From Eukaryota sp. GEM-RC1 (lineage: Eukaryota): 64,000 bases of DNA. The notes under the pieces are model-generated. The model did no database searches. It was not told where the DNA came from and worked only from the letters and a program-made list of their open reading frames with translations. The stretch lies in NCBI GenBank assembly GCA_040285855.1, contig JAUFOQ010000001.1, positions 2,480,001 through 2,544,000 of the forward strand, written 5' to 3'. The translations under genes were made by a program, and so were the position numbers. This document shows, in pieces, positions 63,066-64,000 of this stretch. Position 1 is the first letter of the stretch. Each line of letters starts with the position of its first letter.

Positions 63066-63986
63066 CTACACATATAATTTTATTAATTCATCACTGACGG
63101 CACTGGGGGCAAGTATTCCTATATCAGTAATTAAGAGATCAATCAACTGAGGCGGCGTGTAATCAACGACCTTCTGTTCCTTTAGCTTATACAGAGCTTC
63201 CATGTCAACATCCTCTCTATAAGGTGTGTCATACAAGGAATGTTCGGTATACTGTTCAACATCGTCCTGATCTAGAGGAAAAAGCCGTGTGAACTTATAG
63301 GATTCAGCCGCAACGTAACAACTCTTTCCCAAATGCCGCGCAATCATACATATTCCACACGATCCAATTTGATTGATGATCCCGCCACTCTCAGTGATTC
63401 CGTCAGCTCCTAGTAGTACCATTGTAACTTTAGACATGATAGAAGCCACAGCGGAGTCAGCAATAATAGATACGGGGACTCCATTATTGATCAGGAATTC
63501 AGCAGTTTGATATCCATTGTTCATTGGTGAACTTTCAGTGACAATGACGCTGATCTGACGTTGCTGAGCAACACAAGCCAGGAGATGACACACAACTCGA
63601 GAGTATCCGTGAGTCAGAATGACAGAACCATCTAGAAATAGAGTGGGTCCAGACTTAGATACAACTTCTTTCGCGTTAGATGCGTGTTCTACAAACTGTT
63701 TTCCACGGTCTATGAATATGCTTTTACAGTGTTGAAAATCGAATTCATCAGAGGTTCTGGACACAAATTTACGAAAGAGTGCAATGCCAGCAGTTAGTGA
63801 TATGGCGCGAGATACTTTCTTCATTTCGTCGGTCGCTTCTGAAATTTGTTGGTTAAGATCCATTATAGTATTTGCATCAGACTCCTCTATGATGGTAACG
63901 AGAAGTTCCACGGCAAGAACTGCTGTAGCTTTGTTCCGTAGCTGAATTTGATGTCGGAAGGTATCTATAAGTTGTTGAAGATGCAT
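63066..63986 (-). CDS. EIF2B1: Translation initiation factor eIF2B subunit alpha
   Basis: ILTHGYSRVV, VIVTESSP, IADSAVASIM, LLGADGITESGGIINQIGS, AAESYKFTRLFPLDQ, VDYTPP, PSAVSDELIKLY. Confidence 0.95.
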   Translation of the reverse strand: MHLQQLIDTFRHQIQLRNKATAVLAVELLVTIIEESDANTIMDLNQQISEATDEMKKVSRAISLTAGIALFRKFVSRTSDEFDFQHCKSIFIDRGKQFVEHASNAKEVVSKSGPTLFLDGSVILTHGYSRVVCHLLACVAQQRQISVIVTESSPMNNGYQTAEFLINNGVPVSIIADSAVASIMSKVTMVLLGADGITESGGIINQIGSCGICMIARHLGKSCYVAAESYKFTRLFPLDQDDVEQYTEHSLYDTPYREDVDMEALYKLKEQKVVDYTPPQLIDLLITDIGILAPSAVSDELIKLYV

Positions 63987-64000
63987 TAAATAAGGGGTCT

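Noticed and set aside
1..64000. tRNA, rRNA or snRNA genes
   Set aside because: No cloverleaf with properly spaced A/B boxes or rRNA-like conserved segment was seen by eye. A covariance-model scan would be needed to exclude them.

Overview
This is an AT-rich, gene-dense eukaryotic (protist-like) window using the standard genetic code, with very short GT-AG introns (31-32 nt). Housekeeping genes: a GDPD-family phosphodiesterase, RtcB, STT3, a rhomboid-like membrane protein, CSN2, a 2-Cys peroxiredoxin and eIF2B-alpha. Also present: (i) the 3' part of a giant surface-protein gene with about 20 tandem 378-nt (126-aa) repeats, a Cys-rich module and a multi-pass membrane anchor; (ii) a local family of five BTB-coiled-coil-SPRY/B30.2-like genes and pseudogenes whose SPRY loops are hypervariable while the scaffold is nearly identical; (iii) a tandem pair of large DEDDy 3'-5' exonuclease genes, one of which has lost its ExoI catalytic motif; (iv) several hAT-type DNA transposon derivatives with intact TIRs and target-site duplications; (v) many decayed RLE-type non-LTR retrotransposon fragments, one of which brackets a CHD-like SANT/SLIDE fragment. 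Many genes are split by single-base indels in homopolymers, most likely long-read assembly errors. All family calls rest on motif recognition by eye; no database searches were run.
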